A DNA stretch of 63,865 nt, filler included, from Myxococcota bacterium (GTDB lineage Bacteria; Myxococcota_C; UBA6777): NCBI GenBank assembly GCA_023150835.1. It is 3 parts of 3 records of this genome, joined end to end, with 100 filler letters (N's around TTAATTAATTAA, not from the genome) between each part and the next. Parts side by side here need not be neighbours in the genome. Positions count along the whole stretch, not along the records: positions 1 to 21,933 come from JAKLKB010000122.1; 2 more parts are not named here. One strand, given 5' to 3'. A program made the position numbers and the translations under genes. Shown in pieces: positions 10,375 through 19,238 of this stretch (position 1 is the first letter of the stretch; each line of letters opens with the position of its first letter). The notes beneath the pieces were generated by a model. The model was given only the letters and a program-made list of their open reading frames with translations. It was not told the origin of the DNA and did not search any database.

Positions 10375-10497
10375 TGTGGGGCTTTGCCCCACGCCCCACA
10401 AGGGAGCGCGGCCCCCTTGACCCCGTGAGGGGCGGGAAGCACAGACGTTGTTCAAACCAACGACGGCTCCGCTTGAAAGTCCGCGAACACGGGATTT
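10375..10497 (-). repeat. Dispersed ~125-bp palindromic REP/MITE-like element (family B)
   Basis: Core GGGGTCAAGGG.GCCGCGCTCCCTTGTGGGGCGTGGGGCAAAGCCCCAC plus a GTGTTCGCG...CAAGCG...TTGAAA arm. Related copies at ~16692-16780, 18960-19085, 26755-26880, 29885-30010, 33543-33668, 39167-39290 and 51865-51992. Confidence 0.8.
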
Positions 10498-10696
10498 GTT
10501 GTCAATTGCGGCAATTCTTTCTTCGCCACACTAAATTTTGTTGAGTGATTGGGCTGAAAACAAAGGATTTTTCCTTTGTTCCACTCAAAAGAGCCACAAC
10601 ATGCGAGAGGGGGGGACGAGTTGTCAAGATCTAAATCTTCTTGAAATCGAAGCGAGGGGATTGCTCGGTGTGTTTGGTGTGTCCGATGAGGTGAGA

Positions 10697-11758
10697 TTAT
10701 TCGGTGCGTTCGATGTGTTCGATGTGAGGGGATTGTTCGATGTGTTCGATGTGATGGGATTGTTCGATGTGTTCGATGTGATGGGATTGTTCGATGTGTT
10801 CGATGTGATGGGATTGTTCGATGTGTTCGATGTGTTCGATGTGTTCGATGTGTTCGATGTGAGGGGATTGTTCGATGTGATGGGATTGTTCGATGTGTTC
10901 GATGTGTTCGAGGAGAGCGCGTAGGTAGGCATGGGGAGGGAGCCATCCTTTTTCAAGGGGCGGATCGAGGGGTTTCAGGGCGCATTGTTTTTCAAGCCAA
11001 GAGCATTTGTGGGCAAAGAAGCGTTTGAGCAGAGCGGGTGGATGTTGTAGGAGAGCATGGCTAAACAGCCATCGGTCGGGCGGGAGCGGTTCGGAGAGCG
11101 GGGAGGCGTCGGTGATCTCGACGAGATGGCCGAGATAGAAGAGGTGTTGATCTTCGACCAAGAATTCGTCTAGTAAACGCCATCCCCATTGTAGGAGCGT
11201 GCGGCGCAGCAGTTCTTCTTGGGTGTTGCTTTGGAGAAGAGCGTAGCGCAGGCCCATTTTGTGAAGATCGCGAGAACTCAAAAGCCGTTCGATGGTGTTT
11301 CGCCCCATCCCTGCGAGGATAACAGCATCGACCTCGTCGTCTTGGAGCGGAGACAGACCATCGCCACGGCGTATCTGCAAGGGGGCTTCGGGGAGATAAA
11401 GTTGGTGGTTGGCTTGTACCAAGGCGATGGGACCGGGGTTTTTGTCGCAAGCGATCACCGTTTTCGGGTGTCCTTGGGCGAGCAGGTGCAGCGGAAGCAA
11501 GCCGTGATCCGTTCCGATATCTGCGATACGCCATTCAGGGCGAACCCATCGACGAAGCGCATCAAGGCGTGCCCCCAACAACGGTAGCGGGTTGTGTTCT
11601 CGGTCAGTCGGCAAAAAAGAAGGTGTTGGGGAGGACATCGGTGTTGAGGTGGACATCGGTGTTGGGGATGGGGGTGTTGAGGAGGACATCGGTGTTGTGG
11701 AGGACATCGGTGTTGTGGAGGACATCGGTGTTGGGGATGGGGGCGTTGTGGAGGACAT
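10697..11758 (-). CDS. trmK: tRNA (adenine(22)-N1)-methyltransferase with repeat-derived N- and C-terminal extensions
   Basis: ADIGTDHGLLP, RRGDGLSPL, ILAGMG, LLQSN, E.LVED...Y. The exact start is uncertain because several ATGs lie in the N-terminal repeat. Confidence 0.82.
   Translation of the reverse strand: MSSTTPPSPTPMSSTTPMSSTTPMSSSTPPSPTPMSTSTPMSSPTPSFLPTDREHNPLPLLGARLDALRRWVRPEWRIADIGTDHGLLPLHLLAQGHPKTVIACDKNPGPIALVQANHQLYLPEAPLQIRRGDGLSPLQDDEVDAVILAGMGRNTIERLLSSRDLHKMGLRYALLQSNTQEELLRRTLLQWGWRLLDEFLVEDQHLFYLGHLVEITDASPLSEPLPPDRWLFSHALLQHPPALLKRFFAHKCSWLEKQCALKPLDPPLEKGWLPPHAYLRALLEHIEHIEQSHHIEQSPHIEHIEHIEHIEHIEQSHHIEHIEQSHHIEHIEQSHHIEHIEQSPHIEHIERTE
10707..10910. repeat. Tandem repeat built on the 9-bp unit TTCGATGTG (encodes HIE/HIEQSH in trmK)
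   Basis: Directly visible TTCGATGTG units interspersed with (A/G)TGGGATTG-type units. Confidence 0.9.
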
Positions 11759-11863
11759 CGGTGTTGGGGTGCGCTCGCGTGCGTTGGTGTGGGGTTGCGT
11801 TCGTATGCGTTCGTGGGTGTTTGTTGCGTTCGTATGCGTCAGTGGGTGTTTGTGGAAAGGGAG

Positions 11864-13174
11864 CTACTCTCCGATGGGGATACCTTTTCCGTCTTCGCTA
11901 TCGTTGCGACCGGAGGGGCCTTTTTCGTTGTTTTCGCCAAACAGCAGCCAAGCGGGGGCTTCGAGATCTTCGAATTGTTGGGGGACGGATTGGAAGAGGT
12001 TGTGCATGGCTTGGCTGCGCAGATCCATGAGTTGACGGAGAGCGCGTTCGAGATTGGGTTCAAAGCGTCGGATCAAGCGATACGATTCGATGGGCAGATG
12101 AAGCAAGATGCCGCCGTCGGGCATCCAGACGGAGGCTGTGGTGGGTTCGTTGTTGAGCAGAGAGAACTCGCCAAAGGTGTCGCCTTCGGACAAGGTCGCG
12201 AGGTGAATCCTCCGACCATCGGGAGTTTGGGCCATGACGACAGCTTCGCCGTGTAAGATCACGAACAGTCCGGGGGGTTCGACACCTTGTTCAAAGACTT
12301 TTTCGTCCACTTCGATCACGCGCAAGCGAAAAGCACGCAACAAGCTGTCTTTGGTTTCGACTTGGGAAAAGACATCGCTGAGTTTGAACAGGTTTTCGAG
12401 GTTGCGGCGTTTGATCAGTTGTTGGAGGGAGTGGATGAGTTGAGGGTGTCTGTGGGCGAGGGCGGACATCAGGGCGGCATCGACACACCAAGCGACGCCC
12501 GCTCCTTGAGAGACCACCGAAGCGCGGCGGGCCACCGTGGTCAAGAGCGACATCTCGCCGATGAATGTAGGGGCTTGGAGGGTGGCGAGTTTGATCACTT
12601 CCTTGTTGGGGCGGCGTTGTTGGATCTCGACGCTGCCATGCGAGAGCAGGTAAAAGGTGCGGTCGGTGTTGCCTTGTTCGATCAGGATCTTTCCGGGAAA
12701 AAGCTGGACAGGCTGCACCATCAAGGCCAGTTCGTAGAGATCGTTTGCGTTGAGATCACCGAATAGCGCGGGAGAGGGAAGCGGCGAATGGGGTGGAAGG
12801 CCGATGCCTCCGAGATCAAGCGCCAAGGAGTAGGCTTCTTGGATCTGTCCGTCTTCGTCGGGAGGGAGTGTGAGATTGCGGGGGGCCGCTGGCTGGGGGC
12901 TTTGGGGGAGGCCGGGGAGGCGTCGATCGATCGCAAAGCGTTCTGCAAGCTCCCGCACAAGAGGGGGTTGTGCAGCTTTGGGCAAGTGCATTCGCACCAA
13001 GGCGAGCGCGCTAAAGAACTCGCCCCGCAACGAGGCCACACGCACCGCAGAAGTCAGCATCGCAGCGGCCAGATCGGCCTCTCCACGACTGGCAAGGTCA
13101 TTCGCAAGAAATACCCGTGCTTTGACAGCGTCAGGTTGTTGTGCAACGGCGCGGATCTTTTCTCCTAAGCTCAT
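11864..13174 (-). CDS. Protein with two cyclic-nucleotide-binding (cNMP/Crp-type) domains
   Basis: LIEQG...FYLLSHGSVEI...FIGEMSLL..RRASV and VFEQG...LFVILHGEA...GDTFGEFSLL...TASV. Confidence 0.85.
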   Translation of the reverse strand: MSLGEKIRAVAQQPDAVKARVFLANDLASRGEADLAAAMLTSAVRVASLRGEFFSALALVRMHLPKAAQPPLVRELAERFAIDRRLPGLPQSPQPAAPRNLTLPPDEDGQIQEAYSLALDLGGIGLPPHSPLPSPALFGDLNANDLYELALMVQPVQLFPGKILIEQGNTDRTFYLLSHGSVEIQQRRPNKEVIKLATLQAPTFIGEMSLLTTVARRASVVSQGAGVAWCVDAALMSALAHRHPQLIHSLQQLIKRRNLENLFKLSDVFSQVETKDSLLRAFRLRVIEVDEKVFEQGVEPPGLFVILHGEAVVMAQTPDGRRIHLATLSEGDTFGEFSLLNNEPTTASVWMPDGGILLHLPIESYRLIRRFEPNLERALRQLMDLRSQAMHNLFQSVPQQFEDLEAPAWLLFGENNEKGPSGRNDSEDGKGIPIGE

Positions 13175-13394
13175 GATCGTCCCTTTCTTCGGTGCCTTGA
13201 GGGGGCTTGGTGCGTGGGATCTTTGCGAAAGGCCCGTACTGTGTGGGCTTGTTGTCGTACATAAACGCTTGTGGGGCGTTTGGACTCCGTCAAAGCGCTG
13301 CGTCTAGCCTTGTGGTACACCAACGCAGGACTCGTCGCAAGCCTCTTCTGTGGGGCGTTGGTGAAAGCCTGTTGACTCTTGAGGGGGGGGCCAT

Positions 13395-13600
13395 CAACAA
13401 CGTATTACGAGATCTGCCCATTGCGTGTAAACGTCAACGACGTATTACGAGATCTGCCCATTGCGTGTAAAACGTAGGGGCTGCCCCCTGTGGCTGCCCA
13501 AGAACAGGGCAAACACCATTCAACGACGTATTACGAGATCTGCCCATCGTGTGTCCGTGAAACGCAGGGGCTGCCCCCTGTGGCTGCCCAAGAACAGGGC
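13395..13600 (+). repeat. Cluster of GTAG-type REP units (family C) with duplicated flanks
   Basis: G(T/C)AGGGGCTGCCCCCTGTGGCTGCCCAAGAACAGGGCAA occurs twice and CAAC(A/G)ACGTATTACGAGATCTGCCCAT three times. Confidence 0.85.
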
Positions 13601-13717
13601 AATTACATCAGCGAATCGCATCGACATTGCGAGCACACACGGCTCAGATATCGTATGACTTCCATCGGATACAACATAGAGCGAAGCGAAGTGCGTAGAG
13701 AGGAAAAGGGTGAAACT

Positions 13718-16384
13718 GTGTTAGAAGGTTTGCGAGCGTGGTGGAGTCGTTTTTTGCATCCGGGGAGTGCGTTGGCGTACCGACCGATCTTGCGCCATGT
13801 CAACGCGCTAGAGGCGAAGATGCAGGGGATGTCGGCATCGGATCTTGCGGCACAAACAGCGGTGTTTCGTGGGCGGCTAGAGCGAGGTGCGCCGCTGTTG
13901 TCTTTGATCCCTGAGGCTTATGCGACGGTGCGTGAAGTGGCGCGGCGCGAGTTGGGGATGCGTCACTTTGATGTGCAGATCTTGGGTGGTGTGGCGCTGG
14001 CACACGGTAGCATCGCAGAGATGAAAACGGGTGAAGGAAAGACGTTGGTGGCGACCTTGCCTGCGTACCTGTATGCTTTGCAAGGAAAAGGCGTGCATGT
14101 GATCACGGTCAACGATTATCTTGCGGCGCGAGATGCCGAATGGATGGGAAAGATCTATCGCTTTCTTGGCCTTGAGGTGGGGGTGGTGTTGGAGGATATG
14201 GGCGAAGGTTCGGCGGAGACAGAACGCAGACAAGCCGCGTATCGCGCTGATATCACGTATGTCACCAACCACGAAGTGGTTTTTGATTATCTGCGCGATC
14301 ATCTTGCGACAAGCCCCGATGAGCTGGTTCAACGCCCACCGCATTTTGCGATCGTGGACGAAGTCGATCTGTTGTTGATCGATGAGGTCCGTACGCCCTT
14401 GATTATCAGCGGCCCTGCGCACGAAGATGTGTCCTTGTTTGCGGAAGTCGATAAGGTCGTGCGCAAGCTACAGATGGGTCCTGATATCCGCTTTCATGCA
14501 CGCACCAAGACCGCCACATTGACAGAAGTCGGGCAAGAAAAGGTCGAGTCGATGTTGGGGCGCAATCTCAGCGAACCGAGCCAGCTTCCGTGGTTTCATG
14601 CGATCCACCAATCGGTCCAAGCACATGGGGCCTACAAGAGAGACGTCGATTACATCGTCAAAGGCGGAGAAGTCCAACTGATCGATGAGCATACAGGCCG
14701 CGTCTCTCCTGATAAGCGGTTTTCAGATGGCCTGCACCAAGCCCTCGAAGCCAAAGAACGCTTGCGCGTACAGGCCGAAGATCGGACCTTTGCGCGGATG
14801 AGTTATCAACAGTACTTTCGGTTGTATCCGCGCCTTTGTGGGATGACGGGAACGGCAGCTTCGGAGAAACAAGAGTTTCAACAAACCTATGGTCTGCAAG
14901 TCGTGACGGTCCCCACCAACCAGCCCGTTCAACGCAAGGATTTTATGGACGCGATCTATGCGACCAAGCGCGAAAAACACGAAGCTGTCGTCGCAAGCAT
15001 CGAAGAGATCCACAAAAGCGGGCAGCCGATCTTGGTGGGGACGACTTCGGTCGAAGAATCCGAGCAGCTTGCGCGGCTTTTGCGAAAGAGCGGCCTTTCT
15101 TGCGAGATCCTCAACGCCAAAGATCACGACCGCGAAGCCGAGATCATTGCACAGGCCGGACGGCGCGGCGCGATCACCATCTCCACCAATATGGCGGGGC
15201 GCGGAACCGATATCTTGCTCGGCGGAAACCCCGAAGCGAGTCAAGCCACTGACTCTCCCAAAAAGAGTCCACAGAAAACACGGAAAACACGGAAAGAAGA
15301 AGGGAAGCCGTTGAAAGCAGAAGGAGCGATGGGAGAGGCGGCATCGAAAGAACGCGACACAAAGTACGAGGAACACGCAGCGGTAGTCCAAGCAGGGGGC
15401 CTCTTTGTGATCGGAACAGCGCTCCACGAGTCTCCGCGCCTTGACAACCAGCTTCGCGGTCGTGCAGGCCGCCAAGGTGATCCCGGGGCCTCGCAGTTCT
15501 TTGTCTCTCTCGAAGACGAGATATTCGAAAAGTACGGAGAGACCGAGATATCCGCCATCCATCTCGATCTCGAAGAACGAGAGCACCCCGAAGGCGAAGA
15601 GATCGAAGACCGAAATGTCCGCGCTATCCTCTATGCCTTGCGCGACAAAGTCGCCTTTGAACACCGCTCCGAACGCGCCGAAACCCTCAAATACGATACC
15701 GTTGTCCACCAACAGCGCGAGCAGATCTATCTGTGGCGGCAATCCATCCTGCTCGGCGCTCCGACCCTCGACGAACACCGCGCTCAGGCTCACGCCATCC
15801 TCGCCGAAGTCCTCGCCGATCAAGTCCATCTCGCTCTCCACGATCTCCAGCCCGACGAAGATCTCCAAGCCATCTATGCCGAACTCCAAGATATCTTGCG
15901 CGAGATCTTCCGCACCCCCCTCACCGTCCCACGACTCCCCGAAAGCCGCGACCTTCCATCCTCCGTCACACAATCCCTACTCCCCGCCGTCCAAGAAGCC
16001 TTTGAGCAGCGTTTCACAGGCAAGGATGCCCAACCGCGCGCTACCATCGATCTCCAAAACACCCTTCTTCTCGAAAGTATCGACGACGCTTGGATCGATC
16101 ACCTTAACGCCATCGAACGCCTCGAAGACAACGTCAGTCTCTACGGCTACGCCGAACAAGACCCGATCGTGATCTTTCGCAAAGCCGCAGGACTCCAATT
16201 CGGCGAACTCTTGGCCGAGATCCGCTTGCGTGCCGTCAGCCTCTGGTTCGCCCTTGAACTCGATTCCTCCGACCATTCCGCTTCTTCCACATCCGTATCT
16301 CCCTCCAAGAAAAAGGCCGATAAGCCCAAGCATCCGCTCCTCCACCCCTCCAACCGCAAACGCCGCAAACGCAAAATGGCCTAA
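13718..16384 (+). CDS. secA: Preprotein translocase ATPase SecA (possibly an accessory paralogue)
   Basis: AEMKTGEGKT, HVITVNDYLA.RDAEWM, IVDEVD, GLHQALEAKE, GMTGTA, TNMAGRGTDI, QLRGRAGRQGDPG. GTG start at 13718 follows a purine-rich RBS. No C-terminal SEC-C zinc motif. Confidence 0.93.
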   Translation: MLEGLRAWWSRFLHPGSALAYRPILRHVNALEAKMQGMSASDLAAQTAVFRGRLERGAPLLSLIPEAYATVREVARRELGMRHFDVQILGGVALAHGSIAEMKTGEGKTLVATLPAYLYALQGKGVHVITVNDYLAARDAEWMGKIYRFLGLEVGVVLEDMGEGSAETERRQAAYRADITYVTNHEVVFDYLRDHLATSPDELVQRPPHFAIVDEVDLLLIDEVRTPLIISGPAHEDVSLFAEVDKVVRKLQMGPDIRFHARTKTATLTEVGQEKVESMLGRNLSEPSQLPWFHAIHQSVQAHGAYKRDVDYIVKGGEVQLIDEHTGRVSPDKRFSDGLHQALEAKERLRVQAEDRTFARMSYQQYFRLYPRLCGMTGTAASEKQEFQQTYGLQVVTVPTNQPVQRKDFMDAIYATKREKHEAVVASIEEIHKSGQPILVGTTSVEESEQLARLLRKSGLSCEILNAKDHDREAEIIAQAGRRGAITISTNMAGRGTDILLGGNPEASQATDSPKKSPQKTRKTRKEEGKPLKAEGAMGEAASKERDTKYEEHAAVVQAGGLFVIGTALHESPRLDNQLRGRAGRQGDPGASQFFVSLEDEIFEKYGETEISAIHLDLEEREHPEGEEIEDRNVRAILYALRDKVAFEHRSERAETLKYDTVVHQQREQIYLWRQSILLGAPTLDEHRAQAHAILAEVLADQVHLALHDLQPDEDLQAIYAELQDILREIFRTPLTVPRLPESRDLPSSVTQSLLPAVQEAFEQRFTGKDAQPRATIDLQNTLLLESIDDAWIDHLNAIERLEDNVSLYGYAEQDPIVIFRKAAGLQFGELLAEIRLRAVSLWFALELDSSDHSASSTSVSPSKKKADKPKHPLLHPSNRKRRKRKMA

Positions 16385-16407
16385 TCTCCATCCGCCCGTA
16401 GTACGAT

Positions 16408-16524
16408 CGTCAAAGATGTAGGGGCAGCCCCCTGTGGCTGCCCAACCGTCAAAGATGTAGGGGCAGCCCCCTGTGGCTGCCCAACCGTCAAAGATGTAGG
16501 GGCAGCCCCCTGTGGCTGCCCAAC
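16408..16524 (+). repeat. Three perfect tandem 39-bp GTAG-type REP units (family C)
   Basis: CGTCAAAGATGTAGGGGCAGCCCCCTGTGGCTGCCCAAC x3, with no spacers. Related or degenerate copies at ~32400-32520, 43500-43540, 43820-43860, 52350-52410, 57775-57900 and 63700-63742. Confidence 0.9.
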
Positions 16525-16779
16525 AATCGGGCAATGACAGCGAATCGCACCGACCCTTGCGATCACACATCTCTCGGATATCGTATCATAAGAAATCCGC
16601 CCGTCGTGTGATTGTCAAACGTAGGCGCAGGCTGCCCAACAATCGGGCGTCTGTGTACTCTCCCTCGATCACAGATTACTCGGATATCGTATGACCCCTT
16701 GACCCCGTATTGGCGGGGCACACAGGCGTTTTTCAAACGAACACCTGCGCCGCTTGAACATCCGCAAACACGGGGGGTC

Positions 16780-18819
16780 TTAGCTGTAGAGGGCTTCTTG
16801 GAGGCGGGTGGAGTAATCGAGCAATGTTTCGTAGGGGGCGAGGTTGAGCAGCCGCTCGCACAATCCGTCGAGGGTGTGTCGCATCGAGAAAAGGGCAGGA
16901 TCGCTGTGGCAATTCAGGATCTTGAAATGGTTGCGCATTCGTTGCCACAGGACGCGCCAGACTTCGGGCTGTAGCACACCGTGTGCCTGTGGATCGAGCA
17001 GCATCCCATTCAACAAACGACCCGCCTTTCGCAAGTGCAAAAAGGTTCCCATGGTACGAGCGCTCTGCGTCAACCTACGCTTTACCGTGTGTGCTTTTTG
17101 TTCGCCCCAAAAAAGCAGTAAGAGCCTATCTTCCGCCGACAACGGATCGGATGAAACCGCTTGGTCCGAAAAAGACAGACAAGAAAGCGCATAGCGCCAA
17201 TTCAGCGCCCGCAGAGAAGAAGGGCGAAAATTCAGCAGCAATGTTTCCACGCGGGGAATGAAGATCGAGGCTGCGTAGCCCATCTCTTCCACCACCGTCG
17301 ACGGGTAGAAAAGCAAGGGGTCGTGGGCATCCGTTGGCCCGAATAGTCGTCGCGGCTGGTCTCGAAACAAGCGCTCCATCCATTCGGCACACAAGGGGCT
17401 TTTCAAACAAGCCAGACTCCACAAGGTCTCCCACGTCGGCTCGGCTTCTTTGGGCAGCAGCCAGATATAGGTTTCGAGCGATTCCAACATCTCGACGACT
17501 CCACCGCATCCGACGGTGAGGAGCAGTCTGTTGAGCCATGCTTCGTTGTTTTGCTGTCGCGCCCACCGCCACAAAGGTTCGAATCCCTCTGGATGGCGTT
17601 GTGCATCCATCAACAATGCCTTGAACGCCTCTTCTTCTTCCACGCGATCTTGTTTGTGCAAGATCGACCACAAAAATCCGCGTATCTTGTCGTTTGCACA
17701 CGACGCCATCGGCAAAAACAGATGTCGGCGAAAGGCATCATACGCATGATGGTGGGCTTGTTTGTAGAGTTCTTCGCACTCAGGCAGCGAAAGCCCTTGC
17801 CAATGCGACAAAGCCATCGCTGCACAAGTGGATGTCTTGCCATCGGTATGCTCCAAACGCTGCAACATCCGATGCAACTGTTCTTTGTCGAGGGCTGTCG
17901 GTTCGATCTCAGCGAGGGCTTGTACAGCCATCGGCCAAAGCTCAGGTAGCGGTCCTTCGAGCGCATCGATCCATCGGTCCACCAGTTCGCCTCCCGCGCT
18001 ACCCAAGCTGCCCAACAGGCCATACAAACCTTCCCATGCTTCGCATTCCTTGCGGTTTTTTTGGCTTCGCACAGGGATCTGTTGGCCTAGGCGCACAAAA
18101 GCCGCCTCAAGCAACGCAGGCGCACGAAGGGATTCTTGATCAATGACACCCCGTAAGGTCGCTTCTTGGAGTCCGAATGGCAGGTCTTCTTGCAAACATT
18201 CGCCCAACACTTCGATGGCTTGGGGATGATCGACTCTTGCGATCTGGTGCAATATCTCGCTGCGGATGCGTACCGCTGTTTGTGTACCCAATGCTTCTTT
18301 CATCAACGGCAATGCTTCACGCCATCTCCGATCAACGGGATGAGATACGTCTGTGGGTACTCGCGCAACCATCGCCCCTTGCCTGACTTGTAGCTGTTCT
18401 AAAGTCCATGCGGTCGCTTGGATTTGGGCTTGCTGCTTTTGAAGCTGAAGCATCAGCAGGATCGCTGCATTGTTGCGATGTTTGCCTTTCGCAGACAAAA
18501 AGCGTGCAAAGGGCGAAGTGCCTTCGTTGTCGGGATGAGGGCCTTCTTGCTCCCATCCTTGCCAATCCTGCGCACCTGCTCGACGCAGCCATCCGACGGG
18601 TTCTTCCAATCCTTGCGGATCGAGGTGCGCCAAGCTCCTCACCAACGCCGTCGGTTCGATATCTTTGTCTTCCATCAGTTCCGCCCACGCCCGTTTTTGC
18701 GAGGACGTCCACGCCCCTCCTGCCGCAAGATACCGCTCCAACAACAGCGGAAACGCTCGCGGTGCGATGTCTGGCACTCCCTCCAACAGCCTCCACCGAA
18801 ACGATGCCCAAGCTTCCAT
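16780..18819 (-). CDS. Hypothetical alpha-helical (HEAT-repeat-like) protein
   Basis: 679-aa Leu/Ala/Trp-rich ORF with HEAT-like segments (VRIRSEILHQIARVDHPQAIEVLGECL). No family recognised. Confidence 0.65.
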   Translation of the reverse strand: MEAWASFRWRLLEGVPDIAPRAFPLLLERYLAAGGAWTSSQKRAWAELMEDKDIEPTALVRSLAHLDPQGLEEPVGWLRRAGAQDWQGWEQEGPHPDNEGTSPFARFLSAKGKHRNNAAILLMLQLQKQQAQIQATAWTLEQLQVRQGAMVARVPTDVSHPVDRRWREALPLMKEALGTQTAVRIRSEILHQIARVDHPQAIEVLGECLQEDLPFGLQEATLRGVIDQESLRAPALLEAAFVRLGQQIPVRSQKNRKECEAWEGLYGLLGSLGSAGGELVDRWIDALEGPLPELWPMAVQALAEIEPTALDKEQLHRMLQRLEHTDGKTSTCAAMALSHWQGLSLPECEELYKQAHHHAYDAFRRHLFLPMASCANDKIRGFLWSILHKQDRVEEEEAFKALLMDAQRHPEGFEPLWRWARQQNNEAWLNRLLLTVGCGGVVEMLESLETYIWLLPKEAEPTWETLWSLACLKSPLCAEWMERLFRDQPRRLFGPTDAHDPLLFYPSTVVEEMGYAASIFIPRVETLLLNFRPSSLRALNWRYALSCLSFSDQAVSSDPLSAEDRLLLLFWGEQKAHTVKRRLTQSARTMGTFLHLRKAGRLLNGMLLDPQAHGVLQPEVWRVLWQRMRNHFKILNCHSDPALFSMRHTLDGLCERLLNLAPYETLLDYSTRLQEALYS

Positions 18820-18845
18820 CTTTCACCCTCCATTTGTCGCACAAT

Positions 18846-18979
18846 GTTGTGGGGTTCCACTCCACGCTCTGTCGTTGTGGGGTTCCATCTCACGCTCCAT
18901 AGCTGTGGGGTTCCACTCCACGCTCTGTCGTTGTGGGGTTCCACCTCACGCTCCATAGTTGTGGGGTTCCACCCCACGC
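18846..18979. repeat. 28-bp tandem repeat x5, an amplified end of the family B element
   Basis: GTTGTGGGGTTCCA(CTC/TCT/CCT/CCC)CACGC units at 18846, 18874, 18902, 18930 and 18958, with no unique spacers. Confidence 0.9.
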
Positions 18980-19238
18980 CCCGCAAGGGGTCGCAGCCCC
19001 CTTGACCCCATATTGGCGGGGTGGGCGGTTGTATTTCAAACCAACAGCCCTGCCGCTTGAAGGTTTGCGAACACGAGGGTTTTTGACGTTTCCGCTACGA
19101 CCTTTCTTTGTGGCTTGACCGCATTGGTGAACCTCGCGCATATTTGCGAGAGATCAGAACGTGCCTACAGATTCAGACCCGTGTTGTTAAGGGGGAAAAC
19201 CTCGGGTGTTGAGGCAAAAAACGCAATGGAGGACAGTC

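Noticed and set aside
13490-13717. N-terminal ORF-track extensions of secA (also exbB and the 26798, 29819 and 33616 starts)
   Set aside because: The extensions run through REP/MITE repeats. Downstream starts fit the RBS positions, signal peptides or family N-termini better.
16408-16524. Possible CRISPR array (3 x 39 bp)
   Set aside because: These are identical contiguous GTAG-type REP units that also occur singly elsewhere.
17570-17600. tRNA T-loop-like GGTTCGAATCC
   Set aside because: It lies within the 16780-18819 CDS (PEGFEP on the minus strand) and no cloverleaf is apparent around it.
18846-18979. Possible CRISPR array of 28-bp palindromic repeats
   Set aside because: There are no spacers, and the unit is the terminal hairpin of the dispersed family B element.
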